The translations under genes were made by a program, and so were the position numbers. DNA of 64,000 nt, from assembly GCA_010015805.1 (NCBI GenBank), contig ML978121.1, positions 558,001-622,000 of the forward strand, read 5' to 3'. The notes beneath the pieces are model-generated. The model did not search any database. It was not told the DNA's origin and was given only the letters and a program-made list of their open reading frames with translations. Positions within the stretch are counted from its first letter, which is position 1. Each line of letters begins with the position of its first letter. Below are positions 26,672 to 39,424 of this stretch, piece after piece. This stretch comes from Rhizodiscina lignyota. Lineage: Eukaryota.

Positions 26672-28399
26672 ATGCTTCTCGGGTTGCCGAGAAGCCCACA
26701 CAATATAGCCCTGCTGCTGTTTGAGGCAGCAGTTTTATTTATACTACCTGTCGGCGCAAACATCTTGGGCAGCGCTTTCGAATTCGAAGAGAGAACTCCC
26801 ACTATCCTTCCGCGAGGAAGTGTGATAGTGAACAACGTTCCAGTCGTATTCACCAAGCCCGCACCGCTCGACCTCAAGCTACAGAACAACAATCGATCTC
26901 TCATACCAGCACAGATCTGTGGCATTGTTGGCGCATACTTCTTGACCATCGTTGTCATTGGCATCTGCCTTCTCACCTTTGGCCGGCGCATGCGTCGCGA
27001 AGCACAGTACGGCAGTGGACTACTCGAAGTCGAAATGGTCAAGCCAACTCAAAAGATCCACGATCCGTCGCCAATGTCTCCGGCATCGACCACCCGGAGC
27101 TGGATGAAGAGTGCGTTTGGGAGAGGGAGGAAGGGCAGCATGACAAGTGCAAGCAATATCAGTGCACCTGTCAGTCCTGGCATTGGCGCGGGACATGAGT
27201 CCTTCGATACCAAGATCATGCAAGAGAACAGACAGCGGGAGATGGAGTTGCTCTATCAAGCTGTCATGGAACATGATGCAAAGAAGGCTTCCACGACAGA
27301 CGTCACTGCGGTGGACCCAGAGGAAGAGGAGGAAGAGCCGCCAATGTCTCCTGCTTCTCCTCATCCTCAGCAAGAGCAGTTCCAATCTGTGGAGGACAGC
27401 TCGCCGAACAAGCCCAAGGACAAACGCCTCCTTCGCATTCAGACCGAGCGAGGCCAAGATGTCCCTCGAGATCTTGCCAGTCCGCTCTCGCCCAACTCGC
27501 CAGGAAATCTGAATAGCCCAGTTCGTGCCATCTACCCTCCGGATTCCCCTATCCCAGATGGACCGCAAAGCCCAAGGAGCCCGATCAGGGCAGGATCACA
27601 CGCCTCTCAGAGCTACCCTCGTCCGCCTCCCTATGCACAAGGACTGCCAGCGTCTCCTCGTAGCATCCTCAGCAACGGAAACCGATCCAGCCGTGGCTCT
27701 ATCACCTCGGGACAGACTGCTGTTACCAACAAGTCTGGGCGCAAGACTCTACGCAATCTCCGCATCTCGTCTCCGGGACAGAAAGGCGAAGAGGACGACG
27801 AAGAGCGCCAGCCGCTGTCTCCGGGCATACAATCACCTGGTGCACAGACCCCACATACAGGCAAGAGTTTCAACAGCGTCACGACCACTCATACCATGAT
27901 CACAGAGGACGACGAAGACGAGGAATATGAGCGTCGCCGCTATGAGGCCTATGAGAGTCTTGACAAGGTTCAGCCGCTCCCGCGTCCGGCTCCACAGAGG
28001 GCTTCAAGCCACCCAAGCAATCAAGAACTCCACACGCAGGCGTCGAATAAGAGTCTCAAGTCGGCCGGCTCGTCCACTGCCACGCTACCGCTGCGTAACC
28101 CGGCGTACCAGATCGATGTCAACGTGCCGCCAACTCCAGTCAAGACGACGTATCTGGAGACGCGGAAGATGGGAGGCGCAAGGGGTCCACTTACTGCCGG
28201 ATTGACACCAATGACTGGTGTGCCCATGACGCCGTATAGCCCGTACATGCCGTTTACTCCTATCACACCGGTCACGCCACATCTGATTAACAAGAGGGAA
28301 CGGAAGATGCGGCTGAAGGACGATAGGCGGAGAGTGATGGCTAGGGACGAGGGCGATCTTGTACAGAGTCCAAAAGAGATATGGGGAGATGACTATTGA
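26672..28399 (+). CDS. Single-pass membrane protein with long Ser/Pro-rich cytoplasmic tail, function unknown
   Basis: Signal-like MLLGLP..ALLLFEAAVLFILPVGA; TM ICGIVGAYFLTIVVIGICLLTFGRRMRR; many SP/TP sites. Start chosen on sequence character; the ORF is open back to 26177. Confidence 0.75.
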   Translation: MLLGLPRSPHNIALLLFEAAVLFILPVGANILGSAFEFEERTPTILPRGSVIVNNVPVVFTKPAPLDLKLQNNNRSLIPAQICGIVGAYFLTIVVIGICLLTFGRRMRREAQYGSGLLEVEMVKPTQKIHDPSPMSPASTTRSWMKSAFGRGRKGSMTSASNISAPVSPGIGAGHESFDTKIMQENRQREMELLYQAVMEHDAKKASTTDVTAVDPEEEEEEPPMSPASPHPQQEQFQSVEDSSPNKPKDKRLLRIQTERGQDVPRDLASPLSPNSPGNLNSPVRAIYPPDSPIPDGPQSPRSPIRAGSHASQSYPRPPPYAQGLPASPRSILSNGNRSSRGSITSGQTAVTNKSGRKTLRNLRISSPGQKGEEDDEERQPLSPGIQSPGAQTPHTGKSFNSVTTTHTMITEDDEDEEYERRRYEAYESLDKVQPLPRPAPQRASSHPSNQELHTQASNKSLKSAGSSTATLPLRNPAYQIDVNVPPTPVKTTYLETRKMGGARGPLTAGLTPMTGVPMTPYSPYMPFTPITPVTPHLINKRERKMRLKDDRRRVMARDEGDLVQSPKEIWGDDY

Positions 28400-29479
28400 T
28401 CTCATTGCCATTTAGCTCTTCGCCATTTATTCGTGCCTTTGTACGTCTTCAAGGCTCCCTTGTATATGTTCGGATCTTGATGGCTGCTGTTTTGTGGATA
28501 GCGCGCGTTTGGAGAATGCTCTTTTATGATGAACAGTATCTACTTTGTAGTTATTTCTACTCCGTACTTCAGGGTTCAATTGAGAATGAAGCCTTAGATT
28601 ATGAAATCTATACGAGAAAGATTGCATGACTCATGTCTCCGATGCCTTCGCAGCGGACGCGACTCAGTATGTGCTTTTAATATTTATCTCCCACGTATGC
28701 TCATCTTTGTCGTACACATTCTACTCGCAGTTCGATCCGACAATGTCCGCGGTCAGGGACGCCCACGCCAAGATTCAGCGAGCGGATTTCCTCCGTGCCT
28801 TGACGGATTACAGCGTTTGTGAGGTAACATCGCCACTCGGCGGACGTGGGTCGCGTGCCCACTTCACTACCACAACGCGGAGCACAAGAGAAGCAAGCAT
28901 TCGATTGGCAGATCTTAATTACGTTCTCCTCTCTCAGTACTCCGCCAAGTGGTGCTTCAGCATGGCCAAGCAGCCAAGAGGTGCGCTGGTGCAGCGGATC
29001 CCACCCCGCCTCACACGCTTTACGGAACTTTGCCGTTGCCAATTGGTTCTCAACCGCCAGGCCTCAACGGGTTTCTTCTCTTTATGTTCACAAGAGAGGG
29101 TGACAGTGACCCTCAGAGCTGCTCTTACCGGCTCATTTTCGTGAAGGCACGGGGTTGCCGTGAATGATTTGCAGGAAAGGCCTCCAAAATCTTTTTCCGC
29201 AATTAATTAACTTTTCACGCTGGGGAACCCGCAGCTTGGCGTTGAATATGAGGTTGCACTCCATAGCTGACGATCTTTTTGATTCGGATTGCGGGGAAGG
29301 ATTGGAGTCTCTAGAGCGGTGGGATCACCGACACTCGATATGGTAGGTCCTATATAGGCATAATGATATAGGCGTATATAACGATGGATCATCTTCCATT
29401 GTGTATCTTTCCACCATAGCCCATTCTCTTCTTTCTTCACTCCTTTTTGCTAGCCTCATCATTTTTTGCATTTGACACC

Positions 29480-31180
29480 ATGCTGTATAAGGAAAAGCTC
29501 AAAGATACACCGAAGGAGGTGCTCAATTGGAGACTATGGTACGGTGTCTTTGTCTTTGGTCTCATGGGCGCTGCTCGTGGCATTGACGAGGGCCTGATCG
29601 GAACCTCTTCGGAGCTCGAACCTTTCAGAAAGCGATTTGGCTTGGATGAAGGCACCGAAGACGAACAGGCAAACCGCCTTGGAAATATTACGGCCATGGT
29701 TCAGATGGGCAGCATCCTCGGAGCTCTGGTCGGCTTTTACCTCACGGACAAGTTGGGGCGTTTGTGGGCTACCAGGCAGCTCTGTATTGTTTGGGCTGTT
29801 GGTATCGCCATATTCATGGGCGGTGCACCAACTGGCAGCATAGGCATGGTCTACGCTGGGAGGTTCATCGCAGGCATCGGGATTGGCCAGACCACCGTTG
29901 TAGCGCCGACGTATCTCGCGGAGACTGCTCCCCGAGCCATACGAGGTCTCTGCGTGTGCATGTTCGCCGGCGCGGTTTATCTTGGTATTATGTTGGCATA
30001 CTTTGCTTCGTGGGGAAGCTCGAAAAACATAGCTCCCTCTCAGACGCAATGGCTTGTCCCAACGTCGATGCATATCATGTTTTCTGGCATCATCTTCATC
30101 ACGAGCTTCCTCGCCTTGGAGTCTCCACGCTGGTTGATCAAGGTCGGCAAGCACGAGAGAGCTGCGGCAACTCTATGCAAGCTTCGCAAACTCCCATTGG
30201 AACACCCCTACGTTCAGACGGAAATAATCGACATTAATGATCAACTCAATCGCGAACGCGAAGCGACGAGGGGTGCATCGTGGCTGGGTTACGCCAAAGA
30301 ACTGCTATTTTCTTCGGCCAACCGCTACCGCCTCATGCTCTCCATCATGTCTCAGCTCTTGTCGCAATGGTCTGGAGCGTCGAGCATCACGATATACGCA
30401 CCTGAATACTTTGCTATGATGGGCACTAGTGGCCAGAACGAGAAGCTATTTGCCACGGCCATATTCGGAGTCGTCAAATTCATATCGGCTCTGTTATGCG
30501 CCTTTTTCCTCATCGACTTTATCGGTCGGAAGAGGGCACTCAGCATCGGGATTTTCCTGCAGTTCATCTCGATGCTGTACATGGCGATCTTTCTGCAGAT
30601 CGACCAGAATGTCGGCGAAGAGGACGCGCCTCAGAGTCCTAGCCAGAAACGGGCCGCCACGGGAGCTATCGTTATGATATATTTCAGGTAAGCCTTGGTC
30701 TTCGAGCGGATGCATCACATGCTAATGATATCAAGTGGCTTCGGATGGGCCCTCGGCTGGAACAGCATTCAATACCTGATCAACTCCGAAATCTACCCCC
30801 TCCGCCTCCGTGCTCTTGGTGGCTCCATTGCCATGACATTCCACTTCGTGAATCAGTACGGCAACTCAAAAGCAGTGCCTAAAATGTTCCTCGACATGGG
30901 CTATGCTGGCACGATGTTTTTCTTTTCAGTTATCACCCTCATTGGACTCGTGTGGGTGTACTTCTGCCTCCCGGAGCTGGCCGGTAAGAGCCTGGAGAGC
31001 ATCGATGCGATTTTCGAGCTGCCTTGGTACATGATTGGACGGAAGTACACGCTGGTCGAAGGCCAGGGAGGATTGTCGGAGATGTATGACAAGCACACGG
31101 AGAAGGAAGTGGTTGAGCAGCGGATTGAAAATTTGGAGAATGTGCCGGCTACGGTCGTACATGGCGAACAAAAGGCCTGA
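29480..31180 (+). CDS. MFS sugar-porter family, quinate permease (QutD)-like transporter; exons 29480-30687, 30736-31180
   Basis: PKEVLNWRL N-terminus, DKLGR, GRFIAGIGIG, YLAETAPRAIRG, ESPRWL, QWSGASSITIYAP, SEIYPLRLRA, PELAGKSLE. Confidence 0.92.
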
Positions 31181-31882
31181 GTTCTGTAACTCCCTAATGA
31201 AGCAAGATTATTACATCTGTATACTTATTATATAGTCTGCTTTGTATTATAAAGGCTAGTAATAAAGGCTCGATACCGAAAAATACACTCAACATGCAAT
31301 AGCAGCAGTTCGCCCGTAGGTTCCCAGCTGCTAAGCGACCACAGTGCAACATCACTGGTTGTACACCATTTCTTGAGGATTTCGAGACATAATAAGAGAA
31401 TCAAAACAAGCTATATGACTTGTCACATTTATTTTACACGTCTTGTCACGAATTGGAGGTTGGCGTTCAATCGTCCTAGGCAGTAGTTCTGGTCTCAGGC
31501 AGGCACTTGCTCACGAGAAAGTCAAGTTGGTGGTAGCAGCAATACAATTCATTTATTTGAATCGAATAGATAGAACCTGGGGCACGATTGGACACCCGGA
31601 TGAACTATGACATGTACGATCACAATAGGGGGTTTGGCAGAGTAACGAGCGAAGTGAAGTTGAGGATCCGATATAGCAGGGGTATTGATTATCTTAAGCG
31701 AGCCAAGAGATTAGATCGCACCAGCACCACACCAATTCTGCCAGCGGATCTTAAATCCCACACCGCACGAAACAATTCGACCACTCCAACAGCAACAACA
31801 ACCGCGCAAAAACATTGCCACAAAAATCACTGAGGACTCCCTTGCGGACGAATCGTCACGGCAATAGCGCATCGAACCCATC

Positions 31883-32659
31883 ATGTCTGACAGCGGTGAA
31901 GTCGAAGTCGAAAGCCCCAGTGGCTACCACGTCCTTCCCAAGGATGTTACCGATGAGATTGGCAGCATCAAGCTGTTCAACAAGTGGAGCTACGAAGATG
32001 TCGAGATCAGAGACATCTCGTTGACGTATGTGGTCATATTATCGAGGCGAATGTTGAGGCGGACTACGTCGCTAACAAGCAAATAACAGTGACTACATCC
32101 AAATCCGCTCTCCCGTCTACATCTCCCACTCCGCTGGCCGATATGCTGTCAAGCGCTTCCGCAAGGCTCAATGCCCGATTATCGAGCGTCTCACAAACTC
32201 TCTCATGATGAACGGTCGCAACAACGGCAAGAAGCTGATGGCTGTGAGAATCGTCGCGCACTCCTTCGAAATCGTATGTGTACACCCTGCTGATGCGGAA
32301 ATGGAAGGAGAGGCAGCAGAACTGACGCCCTGGGAATGTAGATTCACATCATGACCGACCAGAACCCCATCCAAATTGCAGTCGATGCGATTGTCAACTG
32401 CGGTCCCCGTGAAGACTCTACCCGTATCGGTTCCGCTGGTACTGTTCGTCGACAAGCTGTCGATGTCTCCCCTCTTCGCCGTGTCAATCAGGCCATCGCG
32501 CTTCTTACAATTGGTGCCCGTGAGGCAGCGTTCAGGAACGTCAAGAGCATTGCTGAATGCTTGGCTGAGGAGCTGATCAACGCTGCAAAGGGCAGCAGCA
32601 ACTCGTACGCAATCAAGAAGAAGGACGAGTTGGAGCGTGTGGCAAAGAGCAATCGGTAA
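31883..32659 (+). CDS. RPS5: 40S ribosomal protein S5 (uS7); exons 31883-32025, 32090-32273, 32342-32659
   Basis: [36 protein letters not shown]...[10 protein letters not shown]. Confidence 0.98.
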
Positions 32660-32786
32660 AGGAAGAACTTATATGCATGTGCTTTTGCATTACGGAAAGG
32701 TATCGGGTTTTCACGGTGCACTGAAAGTCTGGTGGAGCGCCAAGGCCATGGTTTGGTCATTCTGAGACTTCGACTATTCACTAAAA

Positions 32787-34532
32787 ATGGAGGTCACGCT
32801 CGTACCCTTTGCCTTCAAAATTAGTGACAGAACCCACGGACGTGTTCCTACTTCTCAACGTGACTGTTCCCCCAAGTTGCAGACAGCTGTGCCCTGTCAT
32901 CTTCCTCACCACGAACACAACCTCGCTATGAACATGGACAGCCAACTCCAGACCGATATGAACTCCCACTTAGAAGACACCGCCCAAGACTCTGACGATT
33001 CCTGGTGGACGGTCTCTGATGCAGTTGTGCTCCATGACACCTTTGATGACCGAGCCTTATCAGCGCTGTTCACTGCCGTAGAAACGGCGTGGTCGTGGCC
33101 CTGCCAACCTCCAGACGAGGAATTCAAGCTCCAACACTGCAGCAGAGATGATACAGAGACAATCCACGTGTATCTAGATCCGACTTGCATCTTGGAAAGC
33201 GACTCCCAGCATGTGCCCCTGGCCGAAGTGATTAAGGAAGCCACCATCAAGGTGGTGGAACAAGATCCACTCGTGTACTTGTACGTGGATGATGAGGGTA
33301 TTCCAGTGGTTGAGAGGATGCTGCTTGTTGAGTCATTTGGCATGGATACCACTCCTCTGCGGAAAGTGTTCCACGATACAACACCTCAGAGATATTGTGA
33401 ATATGTTACGAGCCCAATACTTGAGAGAAATGGGAATCCTATCTCGGGCCGGCGGCATCCTATGCCATGGAGTTCTCTGGTGGACGACCTACAAGCTTGT
33501 CAAAACCTTACCTACCATGAGCTTCCTCTGAGTCCGGTCAACTTGGAATCATTTCAAGCCTATTCTAATGCTGTTTTTCATATGCACGAATACAACTGTA
33601 GAGCAACTGCGTTATATGATACGGAACGCTCAAAGCACAACGAACTCATTCTACGGACACCATCGCCAGAGATTATAAGAGAAGAGCTTCAGGAAAGATA
33701 CAAGGCGCTGAAGAGGAGTCTTGCCCAGGAAAGAGCAGAGATTAGAGCTAGATTGTTGAGAGCAGAAGTGGCGGGCAATGAAACTGAATTGAAGAGACTT
33801 CAGGACACGAAACACAGGCTGAACAGACTCGTTATCGATGAATGCACTAGCGGGCTGCTGAGAGATTCGACAGCACCGTTCCTGTTTGAACAGAGCAAGC
33901 AAGCTAATGACATCGAACAACTAAGCGTTCTTCACGACGCTCAGCGAATGATGCTGAAGGCCGATGATTTTGAGTTCACAGATGCGTGTGAGTTCATTGA
34001 GGCTACTCAGGACCAGCTCAACAAGATGATGACAAAGTGGATTGACGCCGCTGAAGATAGTCTCCAGCTCTTAGACTTTCAGATGAGCGCAAGCAATATG
34101 TTGGTGAGGAAAATGTCTACCCGTACACATCGATTGGCAGCGTTGGACGTGACGGACCCAGAGGAGCGGTGGGAAGAAGTGCAACGGAGGCTGCTTCACA
34201 AGGACGCCTCCCAACTCATGCTAAAAACTGTCGACAACATGAATGCGGTTCAGGAGACTATGTCTAACTCTGTAAAACACATTCGACGAATCGAAGAATC
34301 CTTGAGCAATCTGGTGGCTCCAGTTCTGGACATTTATACCGTGCTGAGAGATTGCAGACTTGTCTCAATAATCCGCATGCCAGAAGGAGGTAGAGGTACC
34401 GAGATTGAGGTCGATGAAGACTCCCAAAATTTGCAGAACTCTACCAGCGAAGATGGGAACTACGAAGATGCTCAAGAATATTTGGAAGGACAGACGGAGT
34501 TCGAGAGTGCACATGAAGAGCTGGTCACGTGA
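32787..34532 (+). CDS. Hypothetical protein with coiled-coil C-terminal half (start may be 32928)
   Basis: 581-codon intronless ORF; acidic N-terminal region and heptad-rich E/L/R/Q segments; no family recognised. Confidence 0.7.
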   Translation: MEVTLVPFAFKISDRTHGRVPTSQRDCSPKLQTAVPCHLPHHEHNLAMNMDSQLQTDMNSHLEDTAQDSDDSWWTVSDAVVLHDTFDDRALSALFTAVETAWSWPCQPPDEEFKLQHCSRDDTETIHVYLDPTCILESDSQHVPLAEVIKEATIKVVEQDPLVYLYVDDEGIPVVERMLLVESFGMDTTPLRKVFHDTTPQRYCEYVTSPILERNGNPISGRRHPMPWSSLVDDLQACQNLTYHELPLSPVNLESFQAYSNAVFHMHEYNCRATALYDTERSKHNELILRTPSPEIIREELQERYKALKRSLAQERAEIRARLLRAEVAGNETELKRLQDTKHRLNRLVIDECTSGLLRDSTAPFLFEQSKQANDIEQLSVLHDAQRMMLKADDFEFTDACEFIEATQDQLNKMMTKWIDAAEDSLQLLDFQMSASNMLVRKMSTRTHRLAALDVTDPEERWEEVQRRLLHKDASQLMLKTVDNMNAVQETMSNSVKHIRRIEESLSNLVAPVLDIYTVLRDCRLVSIIRMPEGGRGTEIEVDEDSQNLQNSTSEDGNYEDAQEYLEGQTEFESAHEELVT

Positions 34533-34706
34533 AAGTGGATATCATATCCTCGGCCATCTACCCGGAAGAATTACTTCATAGCTTGAAGAGCTGGCTATTC
34601 CTTCGAAATGAGCTGACTTGCCCGGATTTTTGACTCGCTACTGGCGACGTCGACAGATTAACTGAGTCCTTCTCCGCCATCCAAAGTTGATAAGCGCTTC
34701 ATCACA

Positions 34707-35168
34707 ATGGCTCCCACGACCACCGTCCAAACTCTCACACTCGAAGCCGCCCAAGCAGCTGTCGCAGCTTGCGAAGCAAAGGCCCGTAGCATCGGCGTAC
34801 CGATGAACATTGCCGTCGTAGACCACGCGACTCATCTCCTGCACTTCGCTCGTATGGACGGAGCAAAGATTACATCAATTTCGATCGCAATCGACAAAGC
34901 TTTCACAGCTGCGGGACACCGGATCGGGACACATAAGTACAAGGAGGCTGTCTGGCCAGGAGGTGCTGCTTTTGGCATTTGGAATAGCAATGGGAACAGG
35001 TTCACAACAATTGGTGGCGGGCTACCGGTCGTTGGATCTAATGGAGCGATACTTGGGGCTATTGGATGCTCTACGGGGACTCCGGCGCAAGACCAAGAGG
35101 TGTCCCAGGCTGGGATAGATGCAGTGCAAAAGCTGCTGAAGGGAGATGGACCGAAGTCCAAGTTATAA
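34707..35168 (+). CDS. GlcG/HbpS (DUF336, haem-degrading-like) family protein
   Basis: LTLEAAQ, MNIAVVD..HLLHFARMDGA, AIDKAFTAA, GGGLPV..GAIGCSTGTPAQD. Confidence 0.9.
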   Translation: MAPTTTVQTLTLEAAQAAVAACEAKARSIGVPMNIAVVDHATHLLHFARMDGAKITSISIAIDKAFTAAGHRIGTHKYKEAVWPGGAAFGIWNSNGNRFTTIGGGLPVVGSNGAILGAIGCSTGTPAQDQEVSQAGIDAVQKLLKGDGPKSKL

Positions 35169-36618
35169 GTAAAAGCCATTCTTTCGAGACTCGTCTGAAT
35201 TGTGCTCTCTTTTACCACTTTCAAAGAGAGACTCTGAGTCCATGATCCAGCCTTGCCCTTCGTTTGACTTGCATTCGTCTGGGGAATGGTCTCCATATCA
35301 AACTTGGAGGTGTCCATCAATAGGTGGCATCTAGAAGTCACGTGGTGGTGTCAATGTCCAATGAGTTCCAACGACTTTCTAACAGTTCTCAACACCAACA
35401 AAAGATTGCGTGTTCACCGCTTCGCGGATGCAATCTGCCATTCAGCGACAAGTCCATGCACTACCAGCCGCAACTATGTATATGGCTCCTGTCTATTGGC
35501 CGTCGACCTTCACCGTCCTTCCGAATCAGGGGAATCGAGACAGCGACATCGCTAGCGACTCATGTCTCCAGTTCAGCCAGGAATCGCTGAAACAACTTCA
35601 CAGCGCTTGCACAATTTGCATTTGTCAAATCACGAGTCTTTTCCCTATCGCACATACTGTGAGAACCATTCACTGTAATGGGTATTTCTTGAGCTGTTTC
35701 AATGTCTTTCATTGGAGGGAGCGTGTTATGTTAACGGATCCCATGACGCAGCTATCGATAAAGCAATGGGGCACCAGGTTGACTGCCGAAACCCAGGAGA
35801 GACTGTTCAAATTTATACCATCAAATTCCATCGCTCTTGCCTTGTGCTGGAGTTGTAGCTACCCGCGACCCTTCCACCGCATACACAACTCGTAGTAGAG
35901 GCCCAATTGTCCAGGTCCATCTCGCCTCTGGATGGTGAAACTAATTGTGAAACTTGGTCTAAGTTATTTACCCGGGATTTCATCTGTTCAGCTTTGGATC
36001 AATTCGATATTCAAGAAGAATCGTGTGGACAAAGGACTGGGAGCATGTGCAAGCGACCAAGCAAATGGAAGCGCCACTTCCGCAACAGACTCACTTCCTC
36101 GCTCCGCTCTTGTTAGCCCTTTGACGAGCTGGAACAGTTCCAATCTTCCGCTTTCCGAATGAAGCATCACTTGAGCTATCATATGTGGAGCAAATCAGAA
36201 GAAGGATCTTGTCGACTTGGGCAGATCGAAGAAATTCTGTGACGGTTGTCGGATTCCACTGGTTATGCGAGTAGATCTGCGATATCCAAACGGCACACCA
36301 CAGGTTCGTTGCAGCCCTGTTCAGCAGATATGCTAACCATAAACCGCAGATCCACAATTTGTTCGACGGGCTCAGCCAGACCTATTGTCCAGATGTGGAT
36401 AATTACATGGTGGCGCCAAGTAAATTAAACATTGCGTTGAGGGCTGATGCTATCCCTGCCGTGTGTTCGAGAGACGATGTTCAAACCTCATCATGTTCTG
36501 CCATATAGTTTGCTGTTCCTTCACTCTCTCGTTAATCATTCTTCGCAATCGTCTTCTCCCGGACAGCTGGTCCTTCTTTCCCATCGTTTCCCCTGATACT
36601 GAATGCGTCTTATGAAGC

Positions 36619-38228
36619 ATGCATTCGTTTCTATCATTCGTTTTATGGGCTACCTTCCTCTTTGGCCCAGTACTGGCCATTCCCCCCTTGCCGGACTGGT
36701 CTCCCAGTCATCGACCGGACTGGCATCACAATCATAGACCTGACTGGCATCACCATCATAGACCTGACTGGTCTCCCGACCACCATCCAGATTCTTCTCC
36801 CGATCACAGTCCAGATCCTTCTCCTGATCACGATTCGGATCCGTCTCCCGATCACAACATAACGCGGCGTTTTACTGTGCTGAGCCGGCCAATGAAACAG
36901 ATGAACTTACTCGGTCCCGTCGCTAATCGCAGGGCATTCCTGAAATATGGAGTCACTCCTCCTGAAATGGTCCACAAGGCGGCAGAAAGAGCGATTAGAG
37001 TTGCTAAGGGCAATGGACAGGGAACAGTCCCTGCCCAATCTGTTGGACATGGCTCGGAGTACGTAGCAAATGTCAACGTTGCTGGGACGGCGATGATGCT
37101 CGACTTTGACACCGGCTCCGCAGACTTGTAAGTACACACACACTTATCCGTATACCCTTTCATCATGACTATTCGATCTATATTTTATCAAATCAGCGAG
37201 GATAAGCATTCGACAAACGATAGAAGTACCAATCCACATCCTGCAGGGCCGTCTCGGTAGAGATACGCTCACCAACGTCAATTCAAGCTATTCCTCCTGT
37301 CAGACAGCTTGGCAAGATACTGAATCACTAACGTTGACGTAGATGGGTATATTCATCGCTTCAACCGAAAAGTCAAACATCCGGACATCATGCCTATAAC
37401 GCGCAATCAGCCAATCAAAAACGCGGCGAGACGTGGAACATCCAATACGGCGATGGCAGCTCTGCATCTGGAAAAGTGTACTCAGGTACTGTGAACATTG
37501 GAGGCGTAACCGCAACGAGACAGGCGATCGAAGCTGCAACAAGCGTTTCTTCGTCATTTCAGCAGGACGATGCAAACGATGGACTTGTCGGTCTTGCGTT
37601 CAGCAGCATCAACACTGTGCAGCCCCGACAGGAGAACACCTTCTTCGACAATATTAAGGGCCAGCTGGACTCCCCGCTCTTCACGGCATATCTCAAGGAT
37701 AAGCAGGCCGGCAGTTACGACTTCGGCTTCATCAATAAAAACAAATACACAGGAAGCATTACGTACGCGAATGTCGACAATTCAAACGGTTTCTGGAAGT
37801 TCCAGGTCGATGGTTATATGATAGGCACCCGTTCTTCCGTGGCAAGCCGCTTCGCCGCTATTCTTGACACCGGCTCATCGCTTTGGTACATGCCAACCAA
37901 AGCTGTCCAATCTTACTACGCGCAAGTGCCAACAGCCAAATTCAATCAACAGCAAGGTGGCTACACTTTTGATTGCAGAGCGCACTTGCCCACTGCCAGT
38001 GTTATCGTTGGCGGGAAGAGGCTTACTGTCGATGGTTCTTTCATTAATTACGCAAACTTAGGAGATGGAAGCTGTTTCGGAGGCTTGCAAGAGGGACAGG
38101 GCTTGCCATTCATGATATTCGGCGATGTTTTCCTAAAGGCACACTTGGCAGTCTTTGACTCAACAGGGCCAAGGATCGGGTTGGCTGCACAGGTTGGTGT
38201 GAATAGCACTCCTAATAACGGCAAGTAG
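36619..38228 (+). CDS. Secreted pepsin-like (A1, aspergillopepsin-type) aspartic protease; exons 36619-37127, 37343-38228
   Basis: Signal peptide; both catalytic motifs DFDTGSADLWV and ILDTGSS; YGDGS flap; DGLVGLAF; IFGDVFLK; intron 37128-37342. Confidence 0.93.
36691..36858 (+). repeat. 7 x 24-bp coding tandem repeat in the protease pro-region
   Basis: PDWSPSHR PDWHHNHR PDWHHHHR PDWSPDHH PDSSPDHS PDPSPDHD SDPSPDHN. Confidence 0.95.
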
Positions 38229-38587
38229 TACTACTGCATCGAGGCAGTCAGTCTGCAGTCATTTTTGGTCTCGAAGGCTGCGAGGGTTCTTTGGGAGTGC
38301 ACCAAAGAGTGTCCGGGCGCTGCTCGTAATATCAGCGGTCAACACATTTTCTCACTAAGCGCTGCGGTAGTCATTATTTCCTTCACTTCTTGTATCTAGA
38401 TAAAGACGTTAGCTGTGAATAGTATTCAACCTCCGGATCCAAGCCTTATGCACGTGTCTTAGGTGGCAGATCGGTCGTTAAAAAGAGTGGTGGGAGCGGA
38501 ATTTCAAAGGCTTCCTACTCGACCAAGCCTATATATATGGTGTATATTTTCAGAACAGACGCCAAGTCATGCATGAGCTCCATGTAA

Positions 38588-39424
38588 TCATGCCTTCACT
38601 TTCTTCTTGTCTTTCTTCTTCTTTGCTTCTCCTCCACTACCGCCTCCACCTCCTCCACTACTTCCTTCTGCTTGACCTTGCATCTCCGCCATCATGTCTT
38701 TGAAGAAGTTCTCACTCACCCCGCCCCCTGTTACGGCTGGGGAGTGGAGGGGAAGTACTGTGCCCATCTTCCAACCTCGAGGTATCTCTGGGGGCGGTGG
38801 AGCGCCTTTTGGCGCAGGCATTCCCGCTATTCGTAATCGCAGAGGAGAGTTCTCGGTCGTAGGATGTGCTTTTAGATATGTTGAAACGAGGATATAGAGA
38901 TGGTGCTCTGTGAGAAATAGATGTCAGTCTCTCAGAGCTGCTACACAAGAAGCCTCTCACAGCGTACTGTTTTTGACAACGTGCCTGCTGCCTGGCTCTT
39001 TCAAAAACACTTTCACCCGCCCTGGATTTCCCCAGTCCTTCGGGTGTGTCTTTCCTGGCTCAAATGCAACTTTGACGCCCAGCCCCGCTACAGCATCTAC
39101 AATCTCTCTGGCTAATGGATTCGGCACACCCATATTTTTGGACACTCTCCTTCCCTCGTGCCTTGTTCGACTTGAATCGAAATATACAGGGTACAAGCAA
39201 TGCCATGACTTCGTGAGCTCAGGATCCGGCTGAACAGAGCGCGACTGGGACAGTGTGGGTTGGAGAGCCTCTTGTCGGCTGGATTGTGTAGACGGAATCG
39301 ATGAGGGAGAGATGATAGAGTTGCTTGCGAGGGGTGGAGGGTCGAAGTCAGATGGATCCATATCGGACGGATCACTGTCGCTGTCGCTGTCGGATACCTC
39401 TTCTATTCGTGCGTGGTGGGCCAT
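38588..39424 (-). CDS. SEC65: Signal recognition particle subunit SRP19; exons 39424-38968, 38907-38588
   Basis: HARIEEVSD, CLYPVYFDSSRT..EGRRV, KTHPKDWGNPGRVKV, VKNKHHLY, LPLHSPA. Confidence 0.95.

Noticed and set aside
28626..29144. 172-aa ORF between the membrane protein and the transporter
   Set aside because: No motif or compositional support; several overlapping ORFs are equally weak
35300..36450. Several 60-160 aa ORFs between the GlcG-like gene and the protease
   Set aside because: No recognisable domain and no consistent splice model
37128..37342. Unusually long 215-nt intron as a possible snoRNA host
   Set aside because: No convincing C box (RTGATGA) or H/ACA layout seen
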